NCBI GenBank assembly: GCA_951406725.2
Contig: OX597822.1
Span: 95,604,001 to 95,668,000 of the forward strand
DNA: 64,000 nucleotides
Direction: 5' to 3'
Origin: Octopus vulgaris
Taxonomy: Eukaryota
Below, piece after piece: positions 62,034 to 64,000 of the stretch (its first letter is position 1; each line of letters starts with the position of its first letter). The notes beneath the pieces are model-generated. The model worked only from the letters and a program-made list of their open reading frames with translations, did not search any database and was not told the DNA's origin. The position numbers were made by a program, and so were the translations under genes.

Positions 62034-63121
62034 GTATATAATATATCATATATACACCTCTCCACACACACACACACACACACATACACACTCACACACA
62101 TAAAAAATTGATTGATAGATATAACATTTAAATCAGCTCTGTAGGGATTAAAGTTTCATCGGTGGATAGTTTACGTCCATCTCATCAGATATTCGAGGAA
62201 GAGTGAGAGATTAAAATAAATTGAAGATATCTTCCAAAAAGTCTCTATTGGTTAGCTCAGGTCACGTGCTCAATATGCTATGAAAATGACATAGATTCAT
62301 TTCCTTCATCAACATAATATTCCGATAAATAAATGATTATTTTATTCCCCTACGACAGAACTACGAATTCAAATTCGACAGTATTATTTGTGACTCACGT
62401 GGGAGAATTTCTGGAGGGAGATACGAATTCACTTGTCTTTATAAATGTGGATATGCTGATTAGCTTCTGTATGCCCGATGTCGCCTGTTCGGAATATGGA
62501 GGGTAAGATTTCCTAGCATTTCTAGATGTATCTATCAGAATATTATGTTGATGAAGGAAATGAATCTCTGATTCTAATCCAGAAACGTATGCATCCATAA
62601 TTGACCGGAGACTGTTTGATTTCATTATTTTTCTTGTTTTTTTTTTCCATAGTGAGTTACAAATACTGTTGTCTGTGGGACATATTTTTGAAGTAAAAGA
62701 AATAACAGTCTTCTGGCTGCTATTTCTAATACTTTCGGTATGTGGTCTAGCAACCTGTTGCAAAGACCCTCATTTTTATAATGTATGTATATATATATAT
62801 ATATATATTAATTTATTATATAGAAGGAGCTTCTACAGGACTAGAACTGTTTCATTCAAGAGAAATCATCATATATATACATCATACATATATATAAGTA
62901 TATATATAAAAATATACATACACATAAGGTTACAGATAATTAATTAATTATATTGCAATATACATATACATCCACATCAATGGGTACATATACAATGTTC
63001 ATTATATTTCCAATATTATTATTATTATTATTATTATATTAACATTAGACTATGTGCATTCTGCTATTCACAATACATAGTAAAGGAAAAATACAACATA
63101 ATATATAGTATACTATAATAT

Positions 63122-64000
63122 AATACTTTGATACTTACTTTGATAGGTTTCGGCCATTATTGGCCCAGGCCATGTCTAACTTAATAGCACCACCTGGTGA
63201 AGTATTTCAAGTCGGAATTTGGGCACTATGGCCCACTCAAGTAGAGAGTTATTGTTTACAGAGACATATCCGGGTGTAGGGGGTTTATCCGGGATTTCTT
63301 GAAGGAATCTGTCCAAAGACTTCTTGAACCCTATAGGGTCAGTTTCTGTTTTAATGTGTTTTGGTGTAATGTTAAAGAGAGCGGGGCCAATTGAGGTGAA
63401 ATAATTGTGCCGTATTGTTGTTATGAGATGAGAGTGCGATTTTTGTTTTGGGCGGATGGCACGGGGCCCAAGCCTTGGATGTACCTTAAAGGTGATGCCA
63501 ACATCATTTGGGCAATGCTGATGGAATATTTTCCACATCATGCAGATGATGTAGCGCTCACGACGACGTTGGAGAGAATAGAGTTTTAGCTTTTCTAGTC
63601 GACCCCAATAGTCGAGGCCTGTCATGCCATCTATCTTTTTTGTGATTGCCCGTTGAGGTGCTTCAACTTTTATGATACCTTGTATTGTGTGGGGAGACCA
63701 CAGTGGACAACAGTATTCAAGGTGGGGTCGGGCAAAAGTGGAGAAGAGAAGGATAATGGTGTGGATATCTCTCGACTGGAAAGTTCTGAGAATCCAGGAA
63801 CACATTCTGCGGGCCATGTCAACTTTGGTGTTTATATGAGTGGCCCAGCTTATGTTGTTGTCCACAATTACTCCCAGGTCTCTGATGTTGTTGGACGCCG
63901 CGAGAGTTTCACCTGAAGGAAGGGAGTATGGGAGTTTCAGGGCATCCTCTTTTCCAAAGTGGATTAGCTCAAATTTATCCTCGTTCAGCAGCATATTGTT
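63122..64000 (-). mobile_element. CR1-group LINE 3' end, extends beyond the window
   Basis: Open ORF2 C-terminus; short 3' UTR with GGCC-aataat-GGCC hairpin and (AGTATCAA)-like tail. Confidence 0.9.
63176..64000 (-). CDS. LINE ORF2 reverse transcriptase C-terminal part (partial, uninterrupted)
   Basis: RDLGVIVD, RPHLEYCCPLWSP, QRAITK, LYSLQRRRER, FKKSLDRFL motifs. Confidence 0.85.
   Translation of the reverse strand, partial: NNMLLNEDKFELIHFGKEDALKLPYSLPSGETLAASNNIRDLGVIVDNNISWATHINTKVDMARRMCSWILRTFQSRDIHTIILLFSTFARPHLEYCCPLWSPHTIQGIIKVEAPQRAITKKIDGMTGLDYWGRLEKLKLYSLQRRRERYIICMMWKIFHQHCPNDVGITFKVHPRLGPRAIRPKQKSHSHLITTIRHNYFTSIGPALFNITPKHIKTETDPIGFKKSLDRFLQEIPDKPPTPGYVSVNNNSLLEWAIVPKFRLEILHQVVLLS

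Overview
AT-rich, microsatellite-dense eukaryotic DNA with no convincing host gene exon. The tRNA-derived SINE families and (TA)n/(TACA)n load point to an octopus (coleoid cephalopod) genome, probably intergenic or intronic (inference). Almost all listed ORFs are translations of microsatellites or SINEs. The real content is layered mobile DNA: at least five SINE types, several decayed Penelope-like elements (PLEs) with hammerhead-ribozyme motifs and inverted terminal fragments, LINE remnants (R4/Dong, RTE, CR1, possibly Tx1), four Helitrons, three Tc1/mariner remnants and a MITE carrying TTAGGG repeats. The most unusual signal is a SINE occurring as one head plus n x 184-bp units. It appears as a 7-mer inside a perfect 19-bp TSD, a dimer and a 1.3-mer, all with the same GGTATT junction, and most insertion targets also start GGTAT/GTAT. 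This suggests self-targeting or a concatemeric/circular RNA template. Family assignments come from motif recognition, not database searches, and boundaries are approximate unless TSDs or termini are quoted.
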